The notes: generated by a model not told the origin, from the letters alone. A DNA stretch of 64,000 nucleotides from Betaproteobacteria bacterium RIFCSPLOWO2_12_FULL_68_20 (GCA_001770655.1 MERQ01000092.1:30234-94233), one strand, 5' to 3'. Shown: positions 35,615-46,482, numbered from the stretch's first letter. Numbers and translations: made by a program.

Positions 35615-36571
35615 ATGAGACTAGTCGCATTGATCCTTGGCGTGTTTTGCGTAGCCGCCTCCGCGCAGACGTTTCCGTCGCGCCCGGTGGTGCTGGTCGT
35701 GCCGTTCACCACCGGCACCGGCATCGACATCCTCGCGCGCGCGATCGGTCCGAGGCTCTCGGAGCGCTGGAAGCAGCCGGTGGTGGTGGAGAACAAGCCC
35801 GGCGCGAGCGGCAACATCGGCAGCGACTTCGTCGCCAAGGCCGCCCCCGACGGCCACACGCTGATGGTGACGGTGAACACCTACACCATCACTCCGGCGC
35901 TGTTCAAGAACCTGCCTTACAACCCGCTCACTGACCTCGCGCCCGTGAGCAAGATCGCGCTCGCCACCTATACCTTTGTGGTCAATCCCGCCGTATTCCC
36001 CGCTGCGAGCATGCAGGAAGCGGTCGCGCTCATCCGCGCCAATCCGGGGAAGTATTTCTACGCATCGCCGGGCAACGGCACTCCGCACCACGTCGGCATG
36101 GAGCTCATCAAGCTGCGCCTCGGCCTGAACGCGACGCACGTGCCGTACAAGGGCTTCGCCGGCGCGATGACCGATCTGGTGGGCGGACAGGTGCACATGA
36201 TGTTCACTCTCATCCATTCCTCCATTCCGCACGTGCGCTCCGGACGCATCCGCGCGCTCGCCGTCACCGGCGCGCAGCGCTCGCCGCAGTACCCCGAGGC
36301 GCCCACTTTCCGCGAACAGGGCATCGACTTCATGGACGACATGGACGCCTGGTACGCGGTGATGGCGCCCGGCCGCACGCCGCCGGAACTCGTCGCGCGC
36401 GTGAACGCCGACGTAAACGCCGTGATGGGCCTCGCCGACGTGCGCGATCACCTCGTCAAGCAGGGCATGATCCCGGTCACGAGCACTCCGGGCGAGCTCG
36501 CCGCGCTGATCAGGTCCGACCTCGCGCGCTGGGCGAAGGTGGTGGCGGACGCGAAGATCAAGATGGACTGA
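35615..36571 (+). CDS. Bug/TctC-family tripartite tricarboxylate transporter substrate-binding protein (orphan)
   Basis: The ATG at 35615 gives MRLVALILGVFCVAASAQTFPSRPVVLVVPFTTGTGIDILAR...ENKPGASGNIG. The product is 318 aa. Confidence 0.85.
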   Translation: MRLVALILGVFCVAASAQTFPSRPVVLVVPFTTGTGIDILARAIGPRLSERWKQPVVVENKPGASGNIGSDFVAKAAPDGHTLMVTVNTYTITPALFKNLPYNPLTDLAPVSKIALATYTFVVNPAVFPAASMQEAVALIRANPGKYFYASPGNGTPHHVGMELIKLRLGLNATHVPYKGFAGAMTDLVGGQVHMMFTLIHSSIPHVRSGRIRALAVTGAQRSPQYPEAPTFREQGIDFMDDMDAWYAVMAPGRTPPELVARVNADVNAVMGLADVRDHLVKQGMIPVTSTPGELAALIRSDLARWAKVVADAKIKMD

Positions 36572-36786
36572 GCGGTGGAGCGGGCGCTCGGGCGCGTGAT
36601 GACCGTAAGCGCGCGCTCGCGCTCGTGCTACTCGCCGCGCTCGCGCTCAACTTCGCCAACGTCGTCGGTCACACCGGACAATCCCGCACGCAAGATACCC
36701 GCATGCGCAACCCATCGACGGCCCCCACCGGTTGAGCGAGCCAAATGGGGGCGGATCGACTTTCCTATCCGTTGACGGAGGCGGAA

Positions 36787-37959
36787 ATGACGACGTCCAT
36801 CGTTACGAATCCTGAGCCTGATCGTATCGTCGAACAGGTCGATTTCGTGCACACCGGTCCGGGCACGCTGGCCGGGCGCTACCTTCGCCGCTACTGGCAG
36901 CCCATTTACGTCTCCGCGAAGCTCGTGAAAGGCGCAATCGTTCCGATCCGGATCCTTGGCGAGGAGCTGGCGCTCTACCGTGGTGAAAGCGGAAAGGCCC
37001 ACGTCGTAGCCAACGAGTGCCGGCATCGATTGACACGTTTGTCGACGGGCTGGGTCGAAGGGGAGACCATTCGCTGCCGGTATCACGGCTGGCGCTACGA
37101 CGAGTCCGGACAATGTGTCGAGCAACCGGCCGAGCCGAAACCTTTCTGCGCCAGCGTGCGAAAACTCGCCTCCTATCCCACGCACGAAGCTCACGGCTTC
37201 ATTTTCGCCTATCTCGGCGAAGGCAAGGCCCCTGCTTTTCGCCCACTGCCTGGTTTGGAAGACGGCGCTAGCGAGGGCTGGACGGTCTGCCCGTCGGTCG
37301 AAATGATCCCGTGCAACTACTTTCAGAGCGCGGAGAACATCATGGACGACGTCCATGTGAATTTTTCTCATCGAGGTCACCTCGTGAACACCACGTCGAG
37401 GCCGTACGTTCCCACCAAGACGACGGCACGAGAAACGCCATTCGGACTCACGCACTTCCTGGAGCGCGGAGAGCACACCGATCGACTTCACTTCATCATG
37501 CCGAACCAGTGCTTCCTGGCCCACCCGCTGCGCTCGGGGCGGGACAACAAGCCGTTCTGGTTCAAGGCGCTGTTCTGGTACGTGCCGATCGATGACGAGA
37601 GTCATCTGCACTTTCTGGTCATGGTCTACCACACGAAGAGACGGGAGCGTCCCGACGGCACTCCAGTCCATGAGGAGATCGAGGCGATCCTTTCCGGTCG
37701 AAAGAGTTGGGAAGACGTCGCAAACCACCCGAATATCATCCGTATTCAGGACGGGGTGGCGATCTGTGGACAAGGAAAGATCGAGGACCGTTCGAGGGAA
37801 CGATTGGGCAACTCGGACGCAGCGGTGATCCTGCTTCGCAGGCTCTGGAAGCGAGAGCTGGGATTGCTTGCCGCCGGAAGACCTGGGACACAGTTCGGCA
37901 CGCCGGATCCTCAAGCCCTTCGGCAAGAAGAACTGGACGCGATAGGTTTCAACGCCTGA
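36787..37959 (+). CDS. Rieske [2Fe-2S] non-heme-iron oxygenase, oxygenase component (VanA/phthalate-family type)
   Basis: The ATG at 36787 follows GGAGG. The Rieske motif is CRHRLTRLSTGWVEGETIRCRYHGW (CxH-x16-CxxH). The mononuclear iron motif is DDVHVNFSH (Dx2Hx4H). The product is 390 aa. Confidence 0.85.
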   Translation: MTTSIVTNPEPDRIVEQVDFVHTGPGTLAGRYLRRYWQPIYVSAKLVKGAIVPIRILGEELALYRGESGKAHVVANECRHRLTRLSTGWVEGETIRCRYHGWRYDESGQCVEQPAEPKPFCASVRKLASYPTHEAHGFIFAYLGEGKAPAFRPLPGLEDGASEGWTVCPSVEMIPCNYFQSAENIMDDVHVNFSHRGHLVNTTSRPYVPTKTTARETPFGLTHFLERGEHTDRLHFIMPNQCFLAHPLRSGRDNKPFWFKALFWYVPIDDESHLHFLVMVYHTKRRERPDGTPVHEEIEAILSGRKSWEDVANHPNIIRIQDGVAICGQGKIEDRSRERLGNSDAAVILLRRLWKRELGLLAAGRPGTQFGTPDPQALRQEELDAIGFNA

Positions 37960-37978
37960 ACACATTCAGGGTCGAGCT

Positions 37979-39016
37979 GTGAACCGCAGCGTGCATCTGG
38001 TCGGCAGCGTGCCGATGGCGAGCACCGACCAGGTCTTCGTCAAGGTCAGCGAAGCGCTCGGCCCGTACCTCAAGCGCCTGCCCGACGGCGAAACCGGCGA
38101 GCGGCTGAACTGGGTCGGGCACCTCGAGAAGGTGTTCGCCGCGAACCCGGCGCTGGAGCGCACCGACCAGCTTTTCAGGATCCATCCGACCGCCACCGGC
38201 TGGTATCGGTACCGCCTGAAGAAGGGCAAGCGCATCGAAGATGTGCGCTTCGGCAACCTGTTCTACGCCGATCACGCCTTGGCCTCTTATGCGGCGTTCA
38301 GGCGGCTGCAGGACGAAGGGAAAATCCCCGGGCACGTGCGCTTCCAGGTGGATTTTGCACCGGCGCACTCGGTGCTGTGGCTGTTCACCGTGGACGAGCT
38401 GCACGCTCCGCTCGACCCGATCTACAACCAGGCGCTGAAACGCGAGATCGACAGGATCGCGCGGGCGGTCCCGCATGAAGAGCTGGCGATACAGTTCGAT
38501 GTCGCGTCGGCCGTCTTTGCGCGACTGCACCGAAACGAGGCCTCCAGTTACGGCCGCAGCAGGGACGAAATGCAGGATGTCTTTAGCGGCATCCTCGTCG
38601 ATCTCGGCAACCACGTGCCGGACGATATGGAGCTGCTCTACCACCTTTGCTACGGCGACAACCAACACAAGCACGTGGTCGAGCCGACCGACATGGGGGA
38701 CATGGTCGAATTCACGAACCGCGTGCTCTCGCGCGTGAAGCGCTCGGTCCACCTGGTGCACATGCCTGTGCCCCGCAACCGGGTGGACGAGGCCTATTTC
38801 CGGCCGCTCAAGCGGCTGAAGCTGCGGCCAGAGACGGAGCTTTGCCTTGGGCTCGTGCACTTCACCGACGGGGTCGAAGGCACGAAGAGACGGCTGGAAA
38901 CCGCAAGGCGCTACGTCCGCGATTTCTCGATCGCGACGGAATGCGGATTCGGCCGGCGCAAGCCCGAGACGATTCCAGAGCTGCTGCGCATCCACGCGGA
39001 GACCGCACAACTATGA
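37979..39016 (+). CDS. Hypothetical protein with MetE-like Zn-site motifs (divergent paralog 3 of the alkyltransferase fold)
   Basis: The GTG at 37979 opens a 345-aa ORF. It has YHLCYGD (HxC, compare HMCY in MetE) and ATECGFGRR (compare PDCGLKTR in MetE). Good coding periodicity and an intact frame support the CDS call; the family assignment is tentative. Confidence 0.6.
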   Translation: MNRSVHLVGSVPMASTDQVFVKVSEALGPYLKRLPDGETGERLNWVGHLEKVFAANPALERTDQLFRIHPTATGWYRYRLKKGKRIEDVRFGNLFYADHALASYAAFRRLQDEGKIPGHVRFQVDFAPAHSVLWLFTVDELHAPLDPIYNQALKREIDRIARAVPHEELAIQFDVASAVFARLHRNEASSYGRSRDEMQDVFSGILVDLGNHVPDDMELLYHLCYGDNQHKHVVEPTDMGDMVEFTNRVLSRVKRSVHLVHMPVPRNRVDEAYFRPLKRLKLRPETELCLGLVHFTDGVEGTKRRLETARRYVRDFSIATECGFGRRKPETIPELLRIHAETAQL

Positions 39017-39190
39017 ACGTCCATCTCGTCGGCAGCATCGGACGACAGCGTCGAGGACGTCTTCTCCACGGTCGGCAAGCTGCTGGGGAAGAACCTGAAG
39101 CGCATTCCCGACGGCGAGCCCGGTCCGCGCGCCCCTACCTGCGCCCCGACCCGAGCGGCGAAGGTGCGCCCGACGAACTCCCGCGCATTG
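39013..39190 (+). pseudogene. Decayed tandem copy of the 37979-39016 gene (N-terminal ~60 codons, frameshifted, truncated at repeat R2)
   Basis: The ATG at 39013 overlaps the upstream stop (ATGA). It reads MNVHLVGSIG, then after a frameshift DSVEDVFSTVGKLLGKNLKRIPDGEPG. This parallels MNRSVHLVGSVPMASTDQVFVKVSEALGPYLKRLPDGETG in the intact gene. Confidence 0.6.
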
Positions 39191-39267
39191 GCTTCAGTTG
39201 TACTATTGGCAACGTATTGACTAATACACAATGTAGCGCTTCAATGCGGCAGGCGCAAGAGGCGGGG
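39190..39267 (+). repeat. Intergenic repeat R, copy 2
   Basis: The core is gttgtactattggcaacgtattgactaatacacaatgtagcgcttcaatgcggcaggcgcaagagg. It has the same orientation as copy 1 and contains the palindrome GTATT-gact-AATAC. Confidence 0.85.
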
Positions 39268-39323
39268 GATCCGGTAGAGGAAGATGAGCAGCGCGATCAT
39301 GAAGGGCTTCTTCGCCGGGGTGA

Positions 39324-40890
<1,567 letters not shown>

Positions 40891-40894
<4 letters not shown>

Positions 40895-42207
40895 GCTGGT
40901 GGCTGGCGGCGAGCGTCCTGTTCGGCGCTCTGGGCATGCTGTTCGCGCTCGGGCTGCCGGCGGCGTTCGCGTTCTTCGGCATCAACATCGTCGGCGCCTG
41001 GTTCTACCTCGGCGAGGAAGCGGGGCTGGTGCAGCTGATCCGCAACGGCATCGTCTCGATCACCAGCTTCGCGCTCACGCCGATCCCGTTCTTCATCCTG
41101 ATGGGCGAGGTGCTGTTCCACACCGGCGTGGCGATGAAGGCGATCGACGCCATCGACCGGATGATCTGGAAGGTGCCGGGGCGGCTGTCGGTGGTCGCGG
41201 TGGTCGCGGGAACGGTGTTCTCGGCGATCTCGGGCTCGACCATCGCCACCACGGCGCTGCTCGGCAGCCTGCTGCTGCCGCAGATGCTCGCGCGCGGCTA
41301 TCACCCGAGCATGGCGATGGGGCCGATCATGGCGATCGGCGGCGTGGACATGCTGATCCCGCCCTCCGCGCTCACCGTGCTGCTCGGCAGCCTCGCGGGA
41401 ATCTCGATCTCGCAGCTGCTGATCGCGGGAATCGTCCCGGGCGTGCTGCTCTCGGCGGCCTTCGTCGCTTACATCGTGCTGCGCACCTCGCTCGATCCGG
41501 CGCTTGCGCCGGTGTTCGCGCACGAGCAGGTGCCGGCCTGGGAGCGCTGGAAGCCGCTGATCGTCTACGTGCTGCCTCTTGTGATGATCTTCGTGGTCGT
41601 GGTGGCGGCGATGTCGGCGGGCTGGGCGACCCCGACCGAGGCGGCGGCGATCGGCGCGGTGGCCACGGTGGCGGTGGCGTGGCTGTACCGGGCGCTCACC
41701 TGGTCGAATCTCATGAAGGCGCTCACGGGCACTGCGGCAGTCTCGGGCGTGATCCTCTTCATCATCGTCGGCGCGACCACTTTCGCGCAGATCCTCACCT
41801 TTTCCGGGGCGACCAACGGCCTGGTCGAGGCGGTGCGGGGCGCAGGGTTCGGCCACTGGCCGGTGCTGCTCACCATGCTGCTGATCCTGCTCGTGCTCGG
41901 CTGCTTCGTCGACCAGGTGAGCATGATGCTGATCACCCTGCCGTTCTTCATGCCGCTGGTCGCTGTCTACGGCTTCGACCCGGTATGGTTCGGGGTGCTG
42001 TTCCTCATCTGCATGCAGCTCGGGCTGCTCACGCCGCCTTTCGGGCTGCTGCTGCTCACCATGCAGAGCGTTGCTCCCAGGCACATCCGCATGCCGCAGA
42101 TCTGGGTCGCCGCCGCTCCCTACGTGGCGATGGGCCTCGTCGCGCTCGCCGCGGTGATGGCGTTCCCCCCGATCGCGACATGGCTTCCCGGGGCGCTGAT
42201 CAAGTAA
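40891..42207 (+). CDS. dctM: TRAP transporter large permease (DctM family)
   Basis: The ATG at 40891 overlaps the dctQ stop (ATGA). The 438-aa polytopic product contains FALTPIPFFILMGEVLFHTG and SGSTIATTALLGSLLLPQM. Confidence 0.85.
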
Positions 42208-42215
42208 GCTGAGGC

Positions 42216-44306
42216 GTGGAGCGCTCGTTCAAGTCCGAAGTTGCCAAGCTGCGCCTGGGCGAGGGCGAGACCTTCCACGGCGAGGGAATCCTCGCGGTGA
42301 CGAAAGCGCTTCTCCAGTCCGGGGTTTCGTACGTCGGCGGCTATCAGGGCGCGCCGGTATCGCACCTGATGGACGTGCTGAACGACGCGCGCGACATCCT
42401 GGACGACCTGGGCGTGCACGTCGAGACGAACGCGTCCGAGGCGGGTGCTGCGGCAATGCTCGGCGCCTCGATCAACTATCCCCTGCGCGGCGCGGTGACC
42501 TTCAAGTCCACCGTCGGCACCAACGTGGCCTCCGACGCGCTCTCCAACCTCGCTTCGGCGGGCGTGAAGGGCGGCGCGCTGATCGTGCTGGGCGAGGACT
42601 ACGGCGAGGGCGCCTCGATCATCCAGGAGAGGAGCCATGCGTTCGCGATGAAATCGCAGATCTGGCTGCTCGACCCGCGCCCGAGCCTGCCCAGGATCGT
42701 CGACATGGTCGAGAAGGGCTTCGAGCTTTCCGAGGCCTCGAATACCCCGGTGATGCTCGAGCTCAGGATTCGCGCCTGCCACGTGCACGGTGCGTTCCGG
42801 ACGAAGGCAAACCGCGCGCCGCGTTTCTCGCGCAATCGCGCGCTCGAGCGCCCGGATTTCGACTATGGCCGGATCTGCCTGCCGCCCGCCACCTACGCGC
42901 AGGAAAAGCACAAGGTCGAGGTGCGCTGGCCGGCCGCCGTGCGCTTCATCCGCGAGCACCGGATGAACGAGCGCTTCGAGGGCGAGCGCGACGACATCGG
43001 CATCCTGTGCCAGGGAGGGATGTACAACGCGGTGGTCCGCGCCCTGCAGCTGCTCGGGCAGGCGGACGCTTTCGGCGTCTCGCGCGTGCCGATCTACTGC
43101 ATGAACGTCGCCTATCCTCTCGTTCCCGAGGAGATCGTCGGGTTCTGCGCCGGGAAGACGGCGGTGCTGGTGGTCGAGGAAGGCCAGCCCGCGTACCTGG
43201 AAGACGCGATTCTCGCGACGCTGCGCCGCCACGAGGTGAACGGCGTCAAGGTGCAGGGCAAGGGGCTGCTGCCCGTGGCCGGCGAATACACGGGGGAGGT
43301 GGTGCTCGCGGGAGTGGCGCGGTTCCTGGACGCGGCTGCGGCGCTGGAGCCGATCGCCGCTCTCAAGGTGAAGGCCGCGCAGCTGCTCGGCGAGCCCGTG
43401 CCGGCGCGCCCGCCGGGGTTCTGCGTCGGCTGCCCGGAGCGGCCGGTGTTCGCGGCGATGAAGATCGTCGAGCGCGACACCGCGCCGTTCCACGTCTCGG
43501 CCGACATCGGCTGCCACACGTTCTCGACGCTGCCGCCGTTCAACATCGGCCACACCGTGCTCGGCTACGGCCTGGGGCTCGCCTCCAACGCGGCGGTGCA
43601 GCCGATGTTCGGCGGGCGCACCGTGACCATCATGGGCGACGGCGGCTTCTGGCACAACGGCCTCACCTCGGGCGTGGCGAGCGCGGTGTTCAACCGCGAC
43701 GACGGCGTGCTCATCGTCATGAAGAACGGCTACAGCTCGGCGACCGGCACCCAGGAGCTGCCCTCCTCTCCGCAGCACAGCGCGCACAAGGCGCCCGACA
43801 TGGCGATCGAGCGCGCGCTCGAGGGCATCGGGGTCAAGTGGCTGCGCACGGTGGACAACTACCGCGTGGGCGAGGTGGCGAAGACGCTGAAGGACGCGAT
43901 GACCAGCGCGTACCGGGGGCTCAAGGTCATCATTGCCGAGGGCGAATGCCAGCTCGAGCGCCAGAGGAAGCTGCGCCCCGAGACCGCGAAAAAGCTTGCC
44001 GCGGGCGAGCGGGTGGTGCGAGTGAAATACGGGGTGGACGAGGACAGCTGCACCGGAGACCATTCGTGCATCCGCCTTTCCGGCTGCCCTACGCTCACCG
44101 TCAAGGACAATCCCGATCCGCTGAGGAAGGACCCGGTGGCGACCGTGATCGACGGCTGCGTCGGCTGCGGGCTGTGCGGCGAGAACGCGCATGCCGCGGT
44201 CCTGTGCCCGTCGTTCTATCGCGCCGAGGTGATCCATAATCCTTCCCTCTGGGATCGCGTCGCCTTCAAGGTCAGAGGTCTGTTCAGTGGAACGGCAATT
44301 CACTAG
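42216..44306 (+). CDS. iorA: Indolepyruvate/arylpyruvate:ferredoxin oxidoreductase alpha subunit family, paralog 1 (TPP- and Fe-S-binding)
   Basis: The 696-aa ORF has the TPP motif IMGDGGFWHNGL and the C-terminal Cys clusters CTGDHSCIRLSGCP and CVGCGLCGENAHAAVLCP. Confidence 0.85.
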   Translation: MERSFKSEVAKLRLGEGETFHGEGILAVTKALLQSGVSYVGGYQGAPVSHLMDVLNDARDILDDLGVHVETNASEAGAAAMLGASINYPLRGAVTFKSTVGTNVASDALSNLASAGVKGGALIVLGEDYGEGASIIQERSHAFAMKSQIWLLDPRPSLPRIVDMVEKGFELSEASNTPVMLELRIRACHVHGAFRTKANRAPRFSRNRALERPDFDYGRICLPPATYAQEKHKVEVRWPAAVRFIREHRMNERFEGERDDIGILCQGGMYNAVVRALQLLGQADAFGVSRVPIYCMNVAYPLVPEEIVGFCAGKTAVLVVEEGQPAYLEDAILATLRRHEVNGVKVQGKGLLPVAGEYTGEVVLAGVARFLDAAAALEPIAALKVKAAQLLGEPVPARPPGFCVGCPERPVFAAMKIVERDTAPFHVSADIGCHTFSTLPPFNIGHTVLGYGLGLASNAAVQPMFGGRTVTIMGDGGFWHNGLTSGVASAVFNRDDGVLIVMKNGYSSATGTQELPSSPQHSAHKAPDMAIERALEGIGVKWLRTVDNYRVGEVAKTLKDAMTSAYRGLKVIIAEGECQLERQRKLRPETAKKLAAGERVVRVKYGVDEDSCTGDHSCIRLSGCPTLTVKDNPDPLRKDPVATVIDGCVGCGLCGENAHAAVLCPSFYRAEVIHNPSLWDRVAFKVRGLFSGTAIH

Positions 44307-46416
44307 GGAAATCGAGAGCCTCAAGCTCGGCGCAGGCGAGGTGTTCCACGGCGAGGGGATCCTCGCGGTGACGAAGGCCCTCCTGCAGTCCGGGGTTTCC
44401 TACGTCGGCGGATACCAGGGCGCGCCGGTGTCGCACCTGCTCGACGTGATGGTGCAGGCGCGCGACTACCTGGACGGGCTGGGCGTGCACGTCGAGGCCT
44501 GCACCAGCGAAGCCTCCGCCGCGGCGATGCTCGGCGCCTCGATCAACTACCCGGCGCGCGGCGCGGTCACCTGGAAATCGATCGTCGGCACCAACGTCGC
44601 CGCCGACGCCCTGTCCTATCTCGCGAGCGCCGGGGTGATGGGCGGGACGCTGATCGTTCTGGGCGAGGACTACGGCGAGGGCGGCGTCGTCGCCCAGGAG
44701 CGCAGCCACGCCTACGCGATGAAGTCGCTGATGTGGCTGCTCGATCCGCGGCCCAACCTCGCCACCATCGTCGACATGGTGGAGCGCGGCTTCGAGCTCT
44801 CGGAGGCGTCGAACACGCCGGTGATGATGGAGCTGCGCATCCGCGCCTGCCACCTGCACGGCAGCTTCGTCGCGAGGGCGAACCGCGCGCCCGCGGTCTC
44901 GACGCGTAACTTGCTGGAAGGTCCGCCAGAGGAGTTCATCTACGATCGCCTCGCGCATCCGCCCGCCACGTTCCGCCAGGAAAAGCTGAAGAGCGACGTG
45001 CGCCTGCCCGCGGCGCGCAGGTTCATCGCGGACCACAAGCTGAACGAGACCTTCCAGGGTCCTGAATCGTCGCTCGGCCTGATCGTGCAGGGCGGCCTGT
45101 ACAACGGCCTCACACGCGCCCTCGGCATGCTCGGCCTGGCCGACCAGTTCGGCGCCAGCCGCATCCCGATCCTCGCGCTGAACGTCGTCTATCCGCTCCT
45201 TCCGGAGGAGATCACCGCGTTCTGCGCAGGGAAATCTGCGGTGCTGGTCCTGGAAGAGGGCCAGCCGGAGTTCATCGAGCAGGAGATCGCGACGATCCTG
45301 CGCCGCGCCGACGTGCAAACGAAGCTGCACGGCAAGGACCTGCTCCGGATGGCGGGGGACTACACCACGGAAGTGCAGGTGCGCGGCCTCGCGAAATTCG
45401 TCGCGCGGCACGCGCCGCACCTCGACACGTCGCGCGGGGCGCGCTGGCTGGAGGGCGTAAGGGCGGACCGCGAGCGGGCCTCCGCGCTGCTCGGGTCATT
45501 GCCGCAGCGCCCGCCCACCTTCTGCATCGGCTGCCCGGAGCGGCCGGTGTTCGCCGCGATGAAGCTCGTCGCCAAGGACATCGGCCGCCCGCACGTCTCG
45601 ATGGACGTGGGCTGCCACGCCTTCGCCAGCTTCGAGCCCTTCTCGCAGGGCAACACGCTGCTCGGCTACGGCATGAGCCTCGCGAGCGCCGCCGGCGTCA
45701 CGCCGATGTCGGCGCGCCGGCCGGTCGCGGTGATGGGCGACGGCGGCTTCTGGCACAACGGGCTGCTCTCGGGCGTTGCCTCGAGCCTGCTCAACAAGGG
45801 CGACGGCGTGCTCATCATCATGAAGAACGGCTACGCCTCGGCCACCGGCACACAGGAACTGATCTCGTCTCCGCCCGAGGATGCGCGCCGCGTGGCGCTC
45901 GGCGAAAGCGCTACGAATGCGGACCGGCACATCGAGAGCACGCTTGCCGGGATGGGCGTGAAATGGCTGCGCACCGTCGACAACTACCGCGTCGGCGAGG
46001 TGGCGAAGACGTTCAAGGAGGCGATGACCACGAGCCAGAAGGGCCTGAAGGTGATCGTCGCCGAGGGCGAGTGCCAGCTGGAGCGCCAGCGGCGCCTTCG
46101 TCCCGCCACCGCGCAGCAGCTCGCCTCGGGCGAGCGCGTGGTGCGGGTGAAATACGGGGTGGATGAGGATACGTGCACGGGCGACCACTCCTGCATCCGG
46201 CTCTCGGGCTGCCCGACGCTCACCGTGAAGGACAACCCCGATCCATTGAGAACAGACCCCGTCGCCACGGTGATCGAGGGATGTGTGGGCTGCGGCCTGT
46301 GCGGCGAGAACGCCCACGCGGCGGTGCTCTGCCCCTCGTTCTACCGCGCCGAGGTGATCCAGAACCCGAACGCCTGGGACCGGCTCGTTTCAAAGATTCG
46401 AGGCGTCTTCGCATGA
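44287..46416 (+). CDS. iorA: Indolepyruvate/arylpyruvate:ferredoxin oxidoreductase alpha subunit family, paralog 2
   Basis: The 709-aa ORF is collinear with paralog 1 and roughly two-thirds identical by eye. It keeps VMGDGGFWHNGL and both Cys clusters. Its GTG start overlaps paralog 1 by 20 nt. Confidence 0.85.
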   Translation: MERQFTREIESLKLGAGEVFHGEGILAVTKALLQSGVSYVGGYQGAPVSHLLDVMVQARDYLDGLGVHVEACTSEASAAAMLGASINYPARGAVTWKSIVGTNVAADALSYLASAGVMGGTLIVLGEDYGEGGVVAQERSHAYAMKSLMWLLDPRPNLATIVDMVERGFELSEASNTPVMMELRIRACHLHGSFVARANRAPAVSTRNLLEGPPEEFIYDRLAHPPATFRQEKLKSDVRLPAARRFIADHKLNETFQGPESSLGLIVQGGLYNGLTRALGMLGLADQFGASRIPILALNVVYPLLPEEITAFCAGKSAVLVLEEGQPEFIEQEIATILRRADVQTKLHGKDLLRMAGDYTTEVQVRGLAKFVARHAPHLDTSRGARWLEGVRADRERASALLGSLPQRPPTFCIGCPERPVFAAMKLVAKDIGRPHVSMDVGCHAFASFEPFSQGNTLLGYGMSLASAAGVTPMSARRPVAVMGDGGFWHNGLLSGVASSLLNKGDGVLIIMKNGYASATGTQELISSPPEDARRVALGESATNADRHIESTLAGMGVKWLRTVDNYRVGEVAKTFKEAMTTSQKGLKVIVAEGECQLERQRRLRPATAQQLASGERVVRVKYGVDEDTCTGDHSCIRLSGCPTLTVKDNPDPLRTDPVATVIEGCVGCGLCGENAHAAVLCPSFYRAEVIQNPNAWDRLVSKIRGVFA

Positions 46417-46431
46417 GGCTCGGCAGAGGGA

Positions 46432-46482
46432 TTTTTCCCCTCCTCTCCGAGGAGGGGTGCCGCCGTAGGCGGCGGGGTGGTG
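46432..46482. repeat. REP-like double-hairpin element, copy B (inverted relative to copies A and C)
   Basis: The sequence is tttttCCCCTCCTCtccGAGGAGGGGtgccGCCGtaGGCGGCggggtggtg. Its reverse complement shares both ends with copy C. The inner hairpin differs in sequence but is still self-complementary. Confidence 0.75.

Noticed and set aside
36575-36775. ORF 36575-36775 (+, 66 aa), and an alternative frame reading ...RKRALALVLLAALALNFANVVG... that resembles a DctQ-type N-terminus.
   Set aside because: The track ORF is Ser/Arg/Pro-rich noise. The DctQ-like frame matches over only ~20 residues and then diverges. That is too little evidence to call a pseudogene, so I mention it only as a weak candidate in the gene-relic finding.
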